From positions 600,001 to 632,000 of the forward strand of contig NZ_CP097765.1 in assembly GCF_023585785.1 (NCBI RefSeq): a stretch of 32,000 bases of DNA. Direction: 5' to 3'. Source of the stretch: Blochmannia endosymbiont of Camponotus modoc (GTDB taxonomy: Bacteria; Pseudomonadota; Gammaproteobacteria; Enterobacterales; Enterobacteriaceae). The notes beneath the pieces were generated by a model. It searched no databases. It had not been told where the DNA came from and was given only the letters and a program-made list of their open reading frames with translations. This document shows positions 17,522 through 27,302 of this stretch, piece after piece; within the stretch, counting starts at the first letter, position 1; each line of letters opens with the position of its first letter. The position numbers and the translations under genes were made by a program.

Positions 17522-18805
17522 TTATTTTTGAACTAATAAATAATTATCTAACAAACCCAATAATTGCTTTAGTGCTCCTTGATTATGCTGCAGCACTTTG
17601 ATGGCTCTATGACCATAGTTTATACGACACTGTTGATTTAGCAGCAACATAGCAACAGCCTTGACTAAGGATTCCGTATCAGTTACTGTAATTAATCCAT
17701 TTGAATTACATAATTTAACACAAATATCATTAAAATTAAAAGTATACGGCCCCATAATCAATGGAATAGAATGCGCAGCTGGCTCCAACGGATTATGTCC
17801 TCCATGTTTTACTAAACTACCCCCAACAAATGCTATATCTGAAACACCATACAGTAACATTAATTCTCCTATAGTATCATTAATGATTACTTGCGTTTCT
17901 TTAGATGGAGCAACCCCGTTACTTTTCATGATATAAGAAAATCCAGCTTGTTCGGTAATTTTTTTTACATTAATAAAACGTTCTGGGTGACGTGGAGCCA
18001 GAATCATCAGTAAATTAGGAAACCTTTTCAAGAGACGTTTATGTGCTTGTAGTAATAATATCTCTTCTCCTGCATGAGTACTGCTAGCTATCCATACCTG
18101 TCGTTTTTTAATCCAAGTTTTTTTTAAAAATGAAATTTTATTTAATAAATCCTGGTTCATTTCAATATCACATTTTAAATTACCTGTAATAAATAATTGA
18201 TTTTTTTTTAATCCTAACTTAATAAATCGAGAAGCGTCTTCTTTATTTTGAGCAGCAATTAAAGTAATACGTTTCATAATTAACGAAATAAAATAACTAA
18301 ATCTCTTATATCCAGTAAAAGAATGACATGACAACCGAGCGTTAGCAATAATGAAAGGAATCTCGCGTTGATATAATATATTTATGAGATTTGGCCATAC
18401 TTCAGTTTCCATAACAATAACTAATCGTGGCTTAAATTGATTAATAAATCGTTTCATAGCACCAGGTAAATCGTAAGGTAAATAATTGCAGTGCGTACTA
18501 TGACTAAATTTAGATCGCGCCAACTCTATGCCTGTGGGAGTCATCGCAGTTAATGTGATTGTTATTTTTGGATAACGCTTCTGTAAAGCACGTATCAGGG
18601 GGATAGCTGCTAATGTTTCTCCTAAGGAAACAGCATGTAAAATGATCCCATCAGATTGGATAGATTTTCTATAAAATCCGTAGCGTTCCAACCAACATTT
18701 ACGATATGATGGCGATTGTCTGCTGCGCCATAATAATCGTATCCATATTATAGGTTGAGCAATATACATTATAATATTATATATTGTAATATATAGTATA
18801 AACAT
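17522..18805 (-). CDS. waaA: 3-deoxy-D-manno-octulosonic acid (Kdo) transferase
   Basis: From ATG 18805 the product starts MFILYITIYNIIMYIAQPIIWIRLLWRSR (E. coli MLELLYTALLYLIQPLIWIRLWVRGR). HAVSLGET, METEVWPNLI, ANARLS, GGSLVKHGGHNPLEPAA and GPYTFNFNDIC are conserved. The tracked start at 18817 is a TTG 4 codons upstream. Confidence 0.93.
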   Translation of the reverse strand: MFILYITIYNIIMYIAQPIIWIRLLWRSRQSPSYRKCWLERYGFYRKSIQSDGIILHAVSLGETLAAIPLIRALQKRYPKITITLTAMTPTGIELARSKFSHSTHCNYLPYDLPGAMKRFINQFKPRLVIVMETEVWPNLINILYQREIPFIIANARLSCHSFTGYKRFSYFISLIMKRITLIAAQNKEDASRFIKLGLKKNQLFITGNLKCDIEMNQDLLNKISFLKKTWIKKRQVWIASSTHAGEEILLLQAHKRLLKRFPNLLMILAPRHPERFINVKKITEQAGFSYIMKSNGVAPSKETQVIINDTIGELMLLYGVSDIAFVGGSLVKHGGHNPLEPAAHSIPLIMGPYTFNFNDICVKLCNSNGLITVTDTESLVKAVAMLLLNQQCRINYGHRAIKVLQHNQGALKQLLGLLDNYLLVQK

Positions 18806-19988
18806 ATAATATCCCAAAATAATCAGTTATTACATTCATAATGATTAATTTAATCATTTTACATGCATTTAACTATATATCAATATCGCTATGTTTTATA
18901 TAATATATTTTAATAGTCGATATTTATATAAATTTTAAAAAATAATTTATCTGAAAAATTATCTATGTTTCTGCTATTTTTAACAATTATGCTTATAGAG
19001 TATTTTTTTATTTTAAATTAAAAAATAATGAATTCTCATAAATATCCTTTAAAAATTAAACATTGTATTGTATACGATAAAACCATTAATTACTGATTTA
19101 ACATTTTTTGAATAATTTAAATAAATTGTTAATTATGACAATAATTAATGATTAGACAATACTTATAAAAACGATATTTATAACAAATAAATTATAAAAA
19201 CTATAAAATCTGATTAATTTTTATATAACTAAAAACTTAAATTAATCATCCAAACAAACACACATAATATAAGCATATTATTTTTTACATTAATAATTTA
19301 TATTAAAATTAATTATATTACAATATTCACAAATGTGAAAATCTTATAATTTTGTTGGTATAAATAAAATTTATTTATTCAAACTTATAAAAATATATAA
19401 AAATTTATTTTACAAATATATACATGCATCATGTATATAATTATTTTTAATATTAAATAATAATTTAGATGCACAACATAAATAATATTTTTAAAAATCA
19501 AATAATAAGATTAAATTGGAGTATGTACTGTATTCTTTTAGTTTTATCATAATTTATCTATTTCCACCGTAACGTAATGATAGACAACCGGACTACTCAT
19601 TCAGAATTAAATTATGTTAAAAACGATTTTTATTTCTGTAGCTTTAAATATTTTGAAGAATTTATTTTTTCTATGTTAAATATATTTACATTTCGATTTT
19701 AAATTATAAGAAATAATCTATATTAATATCATATAACTATGTATAATGAAATACATATTTCCAATATTGTTTACTGCATTATATTATACATAGATCTTTT
19801 CTGATGCAGTATAAAAGTATGATTACTACGTGTATAATATTTTTTAGTATTGCTGCATAATTACCAGTTACTATATTAATTTTTTTAGATATTATATATA
19901 AATTACGTGTAAAATAAATGTTAATTACTTTATCGGATTTGATTGCAAATTCATGTTATTATATTTCTAATTATATCTTATTATTTTG

Positions 19989-20016
19989 TTTATGCTGATA
20001 AAATTTTATCAGCATA
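19989..20016. repeat. 28-bp perfect palindrome (14-bp arms, no spacer)
   Basis: TTATGCTGATAAAA / TTTTATCAGCATAA; every position 19989-20002 pairs with 20016-20003. It sits in the 1.8-kb gene-free waaA / waaC spacer. Confidence 0.9.
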
Positions 20017-20619
20017 ATAAAACAGTCAATTTATTCGTAAAAAATGAATTTTTAGTAAAATTTCAACAATAAAATTAACAGTATCATGTATTTTAATTGT
20101 AATTTTTTCAAAAAAATAATAAAAATATATTTTTATTTAATCGAAAAATTAATATTTATTATTATTTGAAAGTTTTAATTTTCCTTAAATAATATTAAAT
20201 AGTTAAAATAACAAATACGCACAATGAAAATGTTCAAAAATTTAATATTTGAGAATTATATTCAAGTTTTATACCGATATAATTGTAAGAATATGCTAAT
20301 ACTAACATGATGAAGAAATTTTGGTGTTGTTTGTAAAACAAGCATTCATTCATTAATTAGATCTAATAATTTGAAGTAGTTTATAATTGAATGTTAAATG
20401 ATATTAATTTAAAAATATTGATATTCATCAATAAACAATATAATTTTTTTAGATATTATTCCTTTTATAAGAATACAATTATTTACTTTTAAACCATATA
20501 AACACTATCGTTCCTAACGGGTAGATATCTTTTTATTTATCAAAAAAAAATATCAATTTATAATTAAAGAATTAAAATTAATATAAGGTTTATATGAACA
20601 AGTTTAAGAAAAATGTTTT

Positions 20620-21594
20620 TTAAATATGTTTTAAATTTAAAATTTTTTGTAATGATTCCCAGACGTGTATAGGAGTTAAGTGTTGCATTTTTTTAGTTGA
20701 AGATCGTAAACCAATTTGGTTTTTTCCATATGTTCCAATTAATTTAGGATTAGTTGGTCCATATAATGTTATATTAGGACAACCGAGCGCTGCTGTCAAA
20801 TGACTAAGTCCAGTATCAACAGAGATTACTGCTGTTGCTCCAGATATTTGGATAGCAATTTCTTGTAGCGTTAATTTTGGTAATATTATTATTTGGTTGC
20901 AATGCAATCTCCTCTCTAACCGATTGGTACGTAATTCTTCACTTTTTGTCCAAAAAGGTAATTTAATACGATATCCTGCATATATAGCATATTGAGCAAT
21001 AATACTCCAATTCAATTCCGTCCAAAGTTTTTCAAATTTAGTAGTAGAATGGAAAAATATTAAATAAGGAGCATGATTTTTTTGAGGTGGAAATAAATGT
21101 TTGATATTATACTTTCCTATATAAGATGGTACAGGATATTTTAAGCTGAGAGAAAAAAGCTGTCGAATGCGTTCTACAGCGTGTTGATTTTTATTAGAAT
21201 GATGTCGTTCATGATAAAAAAAAGAACTCATAGGTTCCCGTACACTTATATAGTCCATACCATGTTTTTTCCCACATGTCATACATGTTACTAACAATGA
21301 TGTCTTCAATAAACCCTGAGCGTCAATAATCACGTCATATTTTTTTTTTAATTGTATGCAACATTCACGATATTTCTTCCATGAAGACAATTTATACCAA
21401 TTTTTTATCCAAGATCTAAGGTTTATAGGGATAATTTGACGTATTCCCGGATGCCATCTAAGAATATCAGAAAAAGTTTCTTCTACAATCCAATCAAATA
21501 ATATATTTGGTACAATATTTGATGCATCAGTAACTGCAGGTAAAGTATGTATAATATCTCCCATAGAAGAAATTTTTATAATTAAAACTTTCAT
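20620..21594 (-). CDS. waaC: ADP-heptose:LPS heptosyltransferase I
   Basis: 324 aa. MKVLIIKISSMGDIIHTLPAVTDA (E. coli MRVLIVKTSSMGDVLHTLPALTDA), QHAVERIRQLF and SVDTGLSHLTAALGCPNITLYGPTNP are conserved. It follows waaF, as in E. coli. Confidence 0.93.
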   Translation of the reverse strand: MKVLIIKISSMGDIIHTLPAVTDASNIVPNILFDWIVEETFSDILRWHPGIRQIIPINLRSWIKNWYKLSSWKKYRECCIQLKKKYDVIIDAQGLLKTSLLVTCMTCGKKHGMDYISVREPMSSFFYHERHHSNKNQHAVERIRQLFSLSLKYPVPSYIGKYNIKHLFPPQKNHAPYLIFFHSTTKFEKLWTELNWSIIAQYAIYAGYRIKLPFWTKSEELRTNRLERRLHCNQIIILPKLTLQEIAIQISGATAVISVDTGLSHLTAALGCPNITLYGPTNPKLIGTYGKNQIGLRSSTKKMQHLTPIHVWESLQKILNLKHI

Positions 21595-21616
21595 GACAAT
21601 TACCTTGTTTGATTGA

Positions 21617-22657
21617 TCAATGTAATAATGTTTTTAATGCTTTTAAAACTTGATCTGGAGTAATATCCATTAAACTGTTATGATAGCCATATAAGCTATC
21701 GCCGTGTCGCATGGTATAATATCCTTCCATACGACGAATCACAACAGATTGAGAAAACAAAGGCGGAGTAAACTTAGGATTACTAGGTCCATACAATCCT
21801 ATTACAGGACGTTTCAATGCGCAAGCTACATGCATTAAACCAGAATCATTACTAACAATGCCTGTGCAGGCTGCTATAATTGCAATAGCTTCTCCTAGGG
21901 ATGTGGTTCCTATAAGATTATTACAATGTTGTTTCATATTTTTGAGAATGCTATGTTGAATAAATCTATTAATTAGTTGATCTTTAGGGGATCCTAATAT
22001 TACTATATGATATCCGTGACGAATTAACCGAATAGCTAGTGTTATGTAATGATAATGAGGCCAACTTTTAGCTAATCCAAATTCCGCGCCCGGGCATAAA
22101 CCAATCAGTGATTTTTTGTGACAATACAAATTAAATTTATATAATACATCTTCAATTTCTTTTTCATTTACACGTAACCGGGGTAACGGCAGCGGACAGG
22201 GTAAATTATAAGAATTTTTTGTAACATTATAATCACATGCCAAAGCGGCATAACGTTGCACCATTAACGGGAATAATTTTTTGTTAAGTATTCTCAAATC
22301 ATTCAATATACCATACCTCATTTCCCCACGCCATCCGGTCCGAATCGGAATACCCGCAAAAAATGGTATTAAAGCAGATTTAAATGAATTAGGTAATATT
22401 ATCGCTTGTTGATATTTCTCATTTTTTAAAAATTTTCCGAGATGGTAACATTTTGATAACTCTAAAACCCCATGTCCGTAAGGAATAAATAATGTTTGAT
22501 TAATTTCAGGCATATGATTGAACAGATCTTTGCACCACATAGGAGTAAGGACGTCAATCTTAATGTTGAAACAATATTTCTTAATCAACAATCGATACAT
22601 ACTATGTGATATCACGGTATCACCAATCCATGAAGGACTAATAACTAATATTTTCAC
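21617..22657 (-). CDS. waaF: ADP-heptose:LPS heptosyltransferase II
   Basis: 346 aa. MKILVISPSWIGDTV, LPNSFKSALIPFFAGIPIRTGWRGEMRYGILND, CPGAEFGLAKSWPHYHY, NDSGLMHVACAL and LYGPSNPKFTPP match E. coli WaaF. Confidence 0.93.
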   Translation of the reverse strand: MKILVISPSWIGDTVISHSMYRLLIKKYCFNIKIDVLTPMWCKDLFNHMPEINQTLFIPYGHGVLELSKCYHLGKFLKNEKYQQAIILPNSFKSALIPFFAGIPIRTGWRGEMRYGILNDLRILNKKLFPLMVQRYAALACDYNVTKNSYNLPCPLPLPRLRVNEKEIEDVLYKFNLYCHKKSLIGLCPGAEFGLAKSWPHYHYITLAIRLIRHGYHIVILGSPKDQLINRFIQHSILKNMKQHCNNLIGTTSLGEAIAIIAACTGIVSNDSGLMHVACALKRPVIGLYGPSNPKFTPPLFSQSVVIRRMEGYYTMRHGDSLYGYHNSLMDITPDQVLKALKTLLH

Positions 22658-22675
22658 AATGAAAATTTTATTTAC

Positions 22676-23638
22676 TTAATTATTATAATGATCAACGTTG
22701 TTGCATGACAACCAATTTAAATAGCGACATATACCTTGATTAAGGTCAATGAATTCCTTACAATAACCTGCCGTTCTTAACTGAGAGATATTTGCCTGAG
22801 TAAATATTTGATAATGATTACGGATTTTTTTTGGCATAGAAACATATTTAATGGTTATATTTTGATTAAAAAAACTTAATACGATATTAGCAACGAACTC
22901 AAACGATTCAGATTTACCTGTTCCACAATCAAAAATTCCAGATATTTTATTATTCCAGGCCCAAAGATTTATATCAACTATATCTTCAATATATATAAAA
23001 TCTCGTTTTAACTGTTTACTTCCAATAAATAGTGTTGGGTGTTTTTTACTGATAATTTGTCGATATAATTGAAATATTATACTAGCCATACTACCTTTAT
23101 GTGTTTCACAGGGACCATAAACATTAAAATATCTTAATCCACAAACCTGAGATGCAACTTTTGGTAATATAGCGCGCACATATTGATCAAATAAAAATTT
23201 GGAATAACTGTATACATTCATGGGTTGTTCATATGCCTGGGAATGCAGAAGCATGCTGGTATCTCTACCATACACTGATGCAGAAGAAGCGTATATAAAA
23301 GGAATTTTGTTTTTAACACAATAAAATAATAGATCTTTAGAATATTGATAATTATTCTCCATCATATACTTACCATCCCATTCAGTAGTGGAAGAGCAAG
23401 CTCCTTCATGAAACACTACATCTATATCCTTAACATAAGAATTAACAGAATTATTCAGTATATTATTGATAAAGCAATTTTTATCTATATAGTCTGAAAT
23501 ATACAAATTTTTTAGATTGTTATATTTTTTTCCATTTTTTAAATTATCCACTACTAAAATATTTTTGTATGCAATTTTATTTAAAGCCTTAATAATATTG
23601 CAACCTATAAACCCTGCTCCACCAGTAACCACAATCAT
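22676..23638 (-). CDS. hldD: ADP-L-glycero-D-manno-heptose 6-epimerase
   Basis: 320 aa. MIVVTGGAGFIGCNI (Rossmann fold), FHEGACSSTTEWDGKYMMENNYQYSK, YSYSKFLFD (YxxxK), RYFNVYGP and HKGSMAS are near-identical to E. coli HldD/RfaD. The hldD-waaF-waaC order matches E. coli. Confidence 0.95.
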   Translation of the reverse strand: MIVVTGGAGFIGCNIIKALNKIAYKNILVVDNLKNGKKYNNLKNLYISDYIDKNCFINNILNNSVNSYVKDIDVVFHEGACSSTTEWDGKYMMENNYQYSKDLLFYCVKNKIPFIYASSASVYGRDTSMLLHSQAYEQPMNVYSYSKFLFDQYVRAILPKVASQVCGLRYFNVYGPCETHKGSMASIIFQLYRQIISKKHPTLFIGSKQLKRDFIYIEDIVDINLWAWNNKISGIFDCGTGKSESFEFVANIVLSFFNQNITIKYVSMPKKIRNHYQIFTQANISQLRTAGYCKEFIDLNQGICRYLNWLSCNNVDHYNN

Positions 23639-23764
23639 ACGTTCTCACATAATTATATGTATACCCAAATACAATTAATACAATAATTTGAATTATTTTA
23701 TATAACACAACACCATGAAATATAGCGTTTTAATATTTAATAAAAAAGTATATTACTTTAAATT

Positions 23765-23795
23765 ATTTACTATATGCAGTATGCATATAGTAAAT
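23765..23795. repeat. 14-bp perfect inverted repeat with a 3-nt loop
   Basis: Positions 23765-23778 (ATTTACTATATGCA) pair with 23782-23795 (TGCATATAGTAAAT). It lies in the divergent hldD / yibN spacer, about 130 nt upstream of the hldD start. Confidence 0.85.
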
Positions 23796-24205
23796 CCACA
23801 ATTTTCGATTATATTATTTCTAGAATCATTACAGAAAACACAATTTAAAAATTATTTGTTATTGTCTGATGTATAAATTACTCAGGATGAAATATATCAT
23901 AAATAACATTTAATTTATTGATATTATTCACAAAAATGTACTAGTTTTCTATTTCAACATAGAATATAATGATCTTATGATGTGTTTGTGATATATAATC
24001 ATACATATGTGTATTTATACTCATTCATGATGTTTATATTTTAATTTGATACTATATCATCAAGTATAAAATATATTTATTATAACGGTGATATCGTAAT
24101 GATTCATAATTTTTCCATCTTTATTAAAAAACTATATGATACTCCATGATATAAATAAATTTTAGTATATTATATAGAGTTGTTTTTCAAATAAGTTTAC
24201 AATCT

Positions 24206-24643
24206 ATGTATATTCAGGAGATAATAGCATTTTTACAACGCCATATAATACTGAGTATTATATGGGTACTTTTGTTAATTGCAGTGTTGTACACTACAAT
24301 TAACAGTTGGTTATTCGGGTCTTCTGAAATATTACGTGATCAAGCAATTTATCTAATAAATAAAAAAAATGCAATAGTAATAGATATTCGTAGTCAAGAT
24401 GATTATCACGCAGGACACATAACAAATAGCATTAATGTTTCAATAGAAGAAATTAAAAACAATAATATTTGTAAATTAAAAAGGTTTAAACAGTATCCAT
24501 TGATTATTGTACACGATAATAATGTGCTGGCGCATTCAATTAAACGACATTTATACAAATTAAAATTTGAAGAAATATATGTACTATATGGCGGGATAGT
24601 TGGCTGGAAATCTGATAATTTTCCTCTTCTATTAAAAAAATAA
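24206..24643 (+). CDS. yibN: Membrane-anchored rhodanese-domain protein YibN
   Basis: 145 aa. MYIQEIIAFLQRHIILSIIWVLLLIAVLYTT aligns with E. coli YibN [29 protein letters not shown], followed by a rhodanese-like domain (...VIDIRSQDDYHAGHITNSINV...). It sits upstream of grxC-secB-gpsA, as in E. coli. Confidence 0.85.
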   Translation: MYIQEIIAFLQRHIILSIIWVLLLIAVLYTTINSWLFGSSEILRDQAIYLINKKNAIVIDIRSQDDYHAGHITNSINVSIEEIKNNNICKLKRFKQYPLIIVHDNNVLAHSIKRHLYKLKFEEIYVLYGGIVGWKSDNFPLLLKK

Positions 24644-24668
24644 AGTATGAAATAATGAGAACAAAAAA

Positions 24669-24944
24669 ATGGCTTATATTGAAATTTATACAAAAAAAAA
24701 TTGTCCTTACTGTGAGCGAGCTAAAGCATTATTGACAAAAAAATCTTTAGATTTTAGAGAAATTTCTGTAGATTGTAACAACCTATCAGATTCTATAAGT
24801 ATAGAAATGAGACAACGCTCTGGTGGTCGCACTACATTTCCGCAGATTTTTATAGATGGTCTACATATTGGGGGATCAGATGATTTAGTACTTTTAAATG
24901 CCCAGGGAAAATTAGATCTAATCTTAATAAATACAAACAGTTAA
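24669..24944 (+). CDS. grxC: Glutaredoxin 3
   Basis: 91 aa. IEIYTKKNCPYCERAKALL carries the CPYC active site, and TFPQIFIDGLHIGGSDDL matches E. coli GrxC TVPQIFIDAQHIGGYDDL. Confidence 0.93.
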   Translation: MAYIEIYTKKNCPYCERAKALLTKKSLDFREISVDCNNLSDSISIEMRQRSGGRTTFPQIFIDGLHIGGSDDLVLLNAQGKLDLILINTNS

Positions 24945-24992
24945 TAAATTATGATTACTTATTAAATTTTATGATGTACTAGGGGTGTTTTT

Positions 24993-25448
24993 GTGTTAGG
25001 AAGCAACAATAATAATGTTTTATTTCGTATACAAAGAATCTATATCAAAGATATTTCATTTGAAGCTCCGAACACTCCTGGAGTGTTTCAAATAAATTGG
25101 AATCCAAAAATTAAGGTAGATTTAAATAGTGATGTTAAGAATATTCACATTGATATATACGAAGTGGTGTTACGTGTTACTGTTACTGCAAAAATTGAGG
25201 AAGATACAGCTTTTTTATGTCAAGTAAAACAAGCTGGAATTTTTAATGTTTCAGGACTAAACAAAACACAAATGATGCGTTGTCTTAACGCGCATTGCCC
25301 GAGTATTTTATTCCCCTATGCTAGCGAATGCATCAGCAACCAAGTGTCTAGAGGCACTTTCCCTCAACTTAACTTAGATCCAATTAATTTCGATATTTTA
25401 TTTATTCAATCTTTACAAAAGAAATATAATGATACACTTAAAATTTAA
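24993..25448 (+). CDS. secB: Protein-export chaperone SecB
   Basis: 151 aa with a GTG start preceded by [45 protein letters not shown] and [33 protein letters not shown] are collinear with E. coli SecB. Confidence 0.93.
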   Translation: MLGSNNNNVLFRIQRIYIKDISFEAPNTPGVFQINWNPKIKVDLNSDVKNIHIDIYEVVLRVTVTAKIEEDTAFLCQVKQAGIFNVSGLNKTQMMRCLNAHCPSILFPYASECISNQVSRGTFPQLNLDPINFDILFIQSLQKKYNDTLKI

Positions 25449-25476
25449 TATTTTAAAATAGTTAGTTTAAATTATT

Positions 25477-26502
25477 GTGTCTATTAAATATCCTAATATA
25501 ACCATCATTGGAGCAGGTTCCTATGGAACAGCCATAGCTATTGCGTTATCTAGAAATGGTCATTCCGTATTGTTATGGGGACATAATGCAAATCATGTTC
25601 AAAAGCTCCAAATTAATCGATGCAATCAAGCCTATTTACCCGGCATCTCTTTTCCGCCATCATTGTATTTAGAGAAATCGTTGTCTATAGCTTTATCTAC
25701 TTGTCGAAATTTATTGATTGCGGTTCCAAGTCGTGTATTTGGTCATGTTTTGACGCGATTGAAACTAAATTTAAGGAGTAATACTCGTATTATCATAGCA
25801 TCTAAAGGTTTAGAAGCAAAAACTGGACGTTTATTACAAGATGTAGCATATGATATTTTAGGAAAAAATATTCCTATTGCGATTATATCTGGCCCAACTT
25901 TCGCTAGAGAACTCGCTATGGGATTACCCACGGCAATAACTCTAGCTTCTAATGATACTATATTAAGTTGTGATCTACAGAATACATTACATTGTAGTAA
26001 AAATTTCAGAATATACAGCAACACAGATACTATTGGTATTCAAATAGCTGGAGTAGTAAAAAACATTATTGCTATTGGAGCAGGTATTTCTGATGGAATA
26101 GGGTTTGGATCCAATGCACGGACCGCATTAATTACGCGGGGTTTAGTAGAAATGTCTCGACTCGGTATAGCAATTGGAGCGATACCAGACACTTTTATGG
26201 GATTAGCTGGATTAGGAGATTTGATATTAACTTGCACTGACAATCAATCACGTAATCGTCGTTTTGGAATATTATTGGGACAGGGTTTCGAGATACATCA
26301 TGCTCAAAGAAATGTTGGGAAAATAATAGAAGGATTCTATAACATAAAAGAAGTATATATGTTATCCATTAAACATAAAGTAGATATGCCCATTACCGAA
26401 CAAATATATCAGATACTATATCAAAATAAAAATGTTCATGATGCAGCTCACTCTTTATTGGAACGTACGCAAAAAGAAGAAAAAATTAACAGTTTAAAAT
26501 AA
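25477..26502 (+). CDS. gpsA: NAD(P)H-dependent glycerol-3-phosphate dehydrogenase
   Basis: 341 aa with a GTG start. [20 protein letters not shown] (NAD-binding), [40 protein letters not shown] and [13 protein letters not shown] match E. coli GpsA. Confidence 0.95.
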   Translation: MSIKYPNITIIGAGSYGTAIAIALSRNGHSVLLWGHNANHVQKLQINRCNQAYLPGISFPPSLYLEKSLSIALSTCRNLLIAVPSRVFGHVLTRLKLNLRSNTRIIIASKGLEAKTGRLLQDVAYDILGKNIPIAIISGPTFARELAMGLPTAITLASNDTILSCDLQNTLHCSKNFRIYSNTDTIGIQIAGVVKNIIAIGAGISDGIGFGSNARTALITRGLVEMSRLGIAIGAIPDTFMGLAGLGDLILTCTDNQSRNRRFGILLGQGFEIHHAQRNVGKIIEGFYNIKEVYMLSIKHKVDMPITEQIYQILYQNKNVHDAAHSLLERTQKEEKINSLK

Positions 26503-26552
26503 TTAATAATAGATTTGAATTATCATTCATACTATGACGATCAGGTAAATGT

Positions 26553-27302
26553 ATGACTTTAAATATATTAGAAATAGTTTGGAGTAACATTAAAATTGAA
26601 GCAAGATTGCTAATTGATTCTGAACCTATATTGACTAGTTTCATATATACGACCCTATTAATGCACACAAACTTTAAAGATGCATTAATTTACATATTAT
26701 CTAAAAAATTAACTAATACAGATATACCTACAATTGCTGTCATTAAAATATTAGAAGATATATGCGGAGCCGATGACAATATCATTACTTCTGCTGCACA
26801 AGATATTTATGCAATACGTTTTAACGATCCATCTGTCACTAAGTATTTTACTCCTTTTTTATATTCAAAAGGATTCCATGCATTACAAGCGCATCGTATT
26901 TCTCATTGGTTATGGAAGCATAACCGTAAAGAATTAGCTATGTATTTTTATAATCATATTTCTACTATTTTTAATGTGGACATTCATCCTGCGGCAAGTA
27001 TCGGATATGGTGTTATGATAGATCATGCAACTGGCGTAGTGATCGGAGAGACATCAGTTATAGAAAATAATGTATCTATAATGCAATCCGTGACCTTAGG
27101 TGGAACTGGCAAAATAAGTGGTGATCGTCATCCTAAAATTAGGCAAAAAGTAATGATTGGAGCTGGTTCTATTATTTTAGGTAATATTGAAGTAGGATAT
27201 GGGGCTAAAATTGGAGCTGGTTCTGTTGTACTACACTCTGTACCGCCTCATGCTACAGTCGCAGGAAAACCCGCTAGACTTATAAGACAAATCAATAAAT
27301 AA
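26553..27302 (+). CDS. cysE: Serine O-acetyltransferase (C-terminally short, 249 aa)
   Basis: LEIVWSNIKIEARLL (E. coli LEIVWNNIKAEARTL), KGFHALQAHRISHWLW, DIHPAASIG, LGGTGKISGDRHPKI and left-handed beta-helix hexapeptide repeats are present. It ends about 24 residues before the E. coli C-terminus. Confidence 0.93.
   Translation: MTLNILEIVWSNIKIEARLLIDSEPILTSFIYTTLLMHTNFKDALIYILSKKLTNTDIPTIAVIKILEDICGADDNIITSAAQDIYAIRFNDPSVTKYFTPFLYSKGFHALQAHRISHWLWKHNRKELAMYFYNHISTIFNVDIHPAASIGYGVMIDHATGVVIGETSVIENNVSIMQSVTLGGTGKISGDRHPKIRQKVMIGAGSIILGNIEVGYGAKIGAGSVVLHSVPPHATVAGKPARLIRQINK

Noticed and set aside
17661-17936. 91-aa plus-strand ORF inside waaA.
   Set aside because: It is antisense to a well-conserved segment of waaA (GGHNPLEPAA region). 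It shows no motif and is a shadow ORF.
23790-23800. DnaA-box-like 9-mers (AAATCCACA at about 23792, ATATCCACT at about 31932).
   Set aside because: These are isolated 7-of-9 matches with no cluster, no AT-rich 13-mers arranged as in oriC, and the wrong genomic neighbourhood for an enterobacterial origin.
24406-24693. 95-aa minus-strand ORF overlapping the yibN 3' half and the grxC start.
   Set aside because: It is antisense to two genes with clear orthology and has no features of its own.
25743-26243. Two minus-strand ORFs (93 aa and 67 aa) inside gpsA.
   Set aside because: Both are antisense shadow ORFs within the strongly conserved gpsA coding region.
26486-26668. 60-aa minus-strand ORF across the gpsA / cysE junction.
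   Set aside because: It overlaps the ends of two real genes in antisense and sits at the minimum length cutoff.
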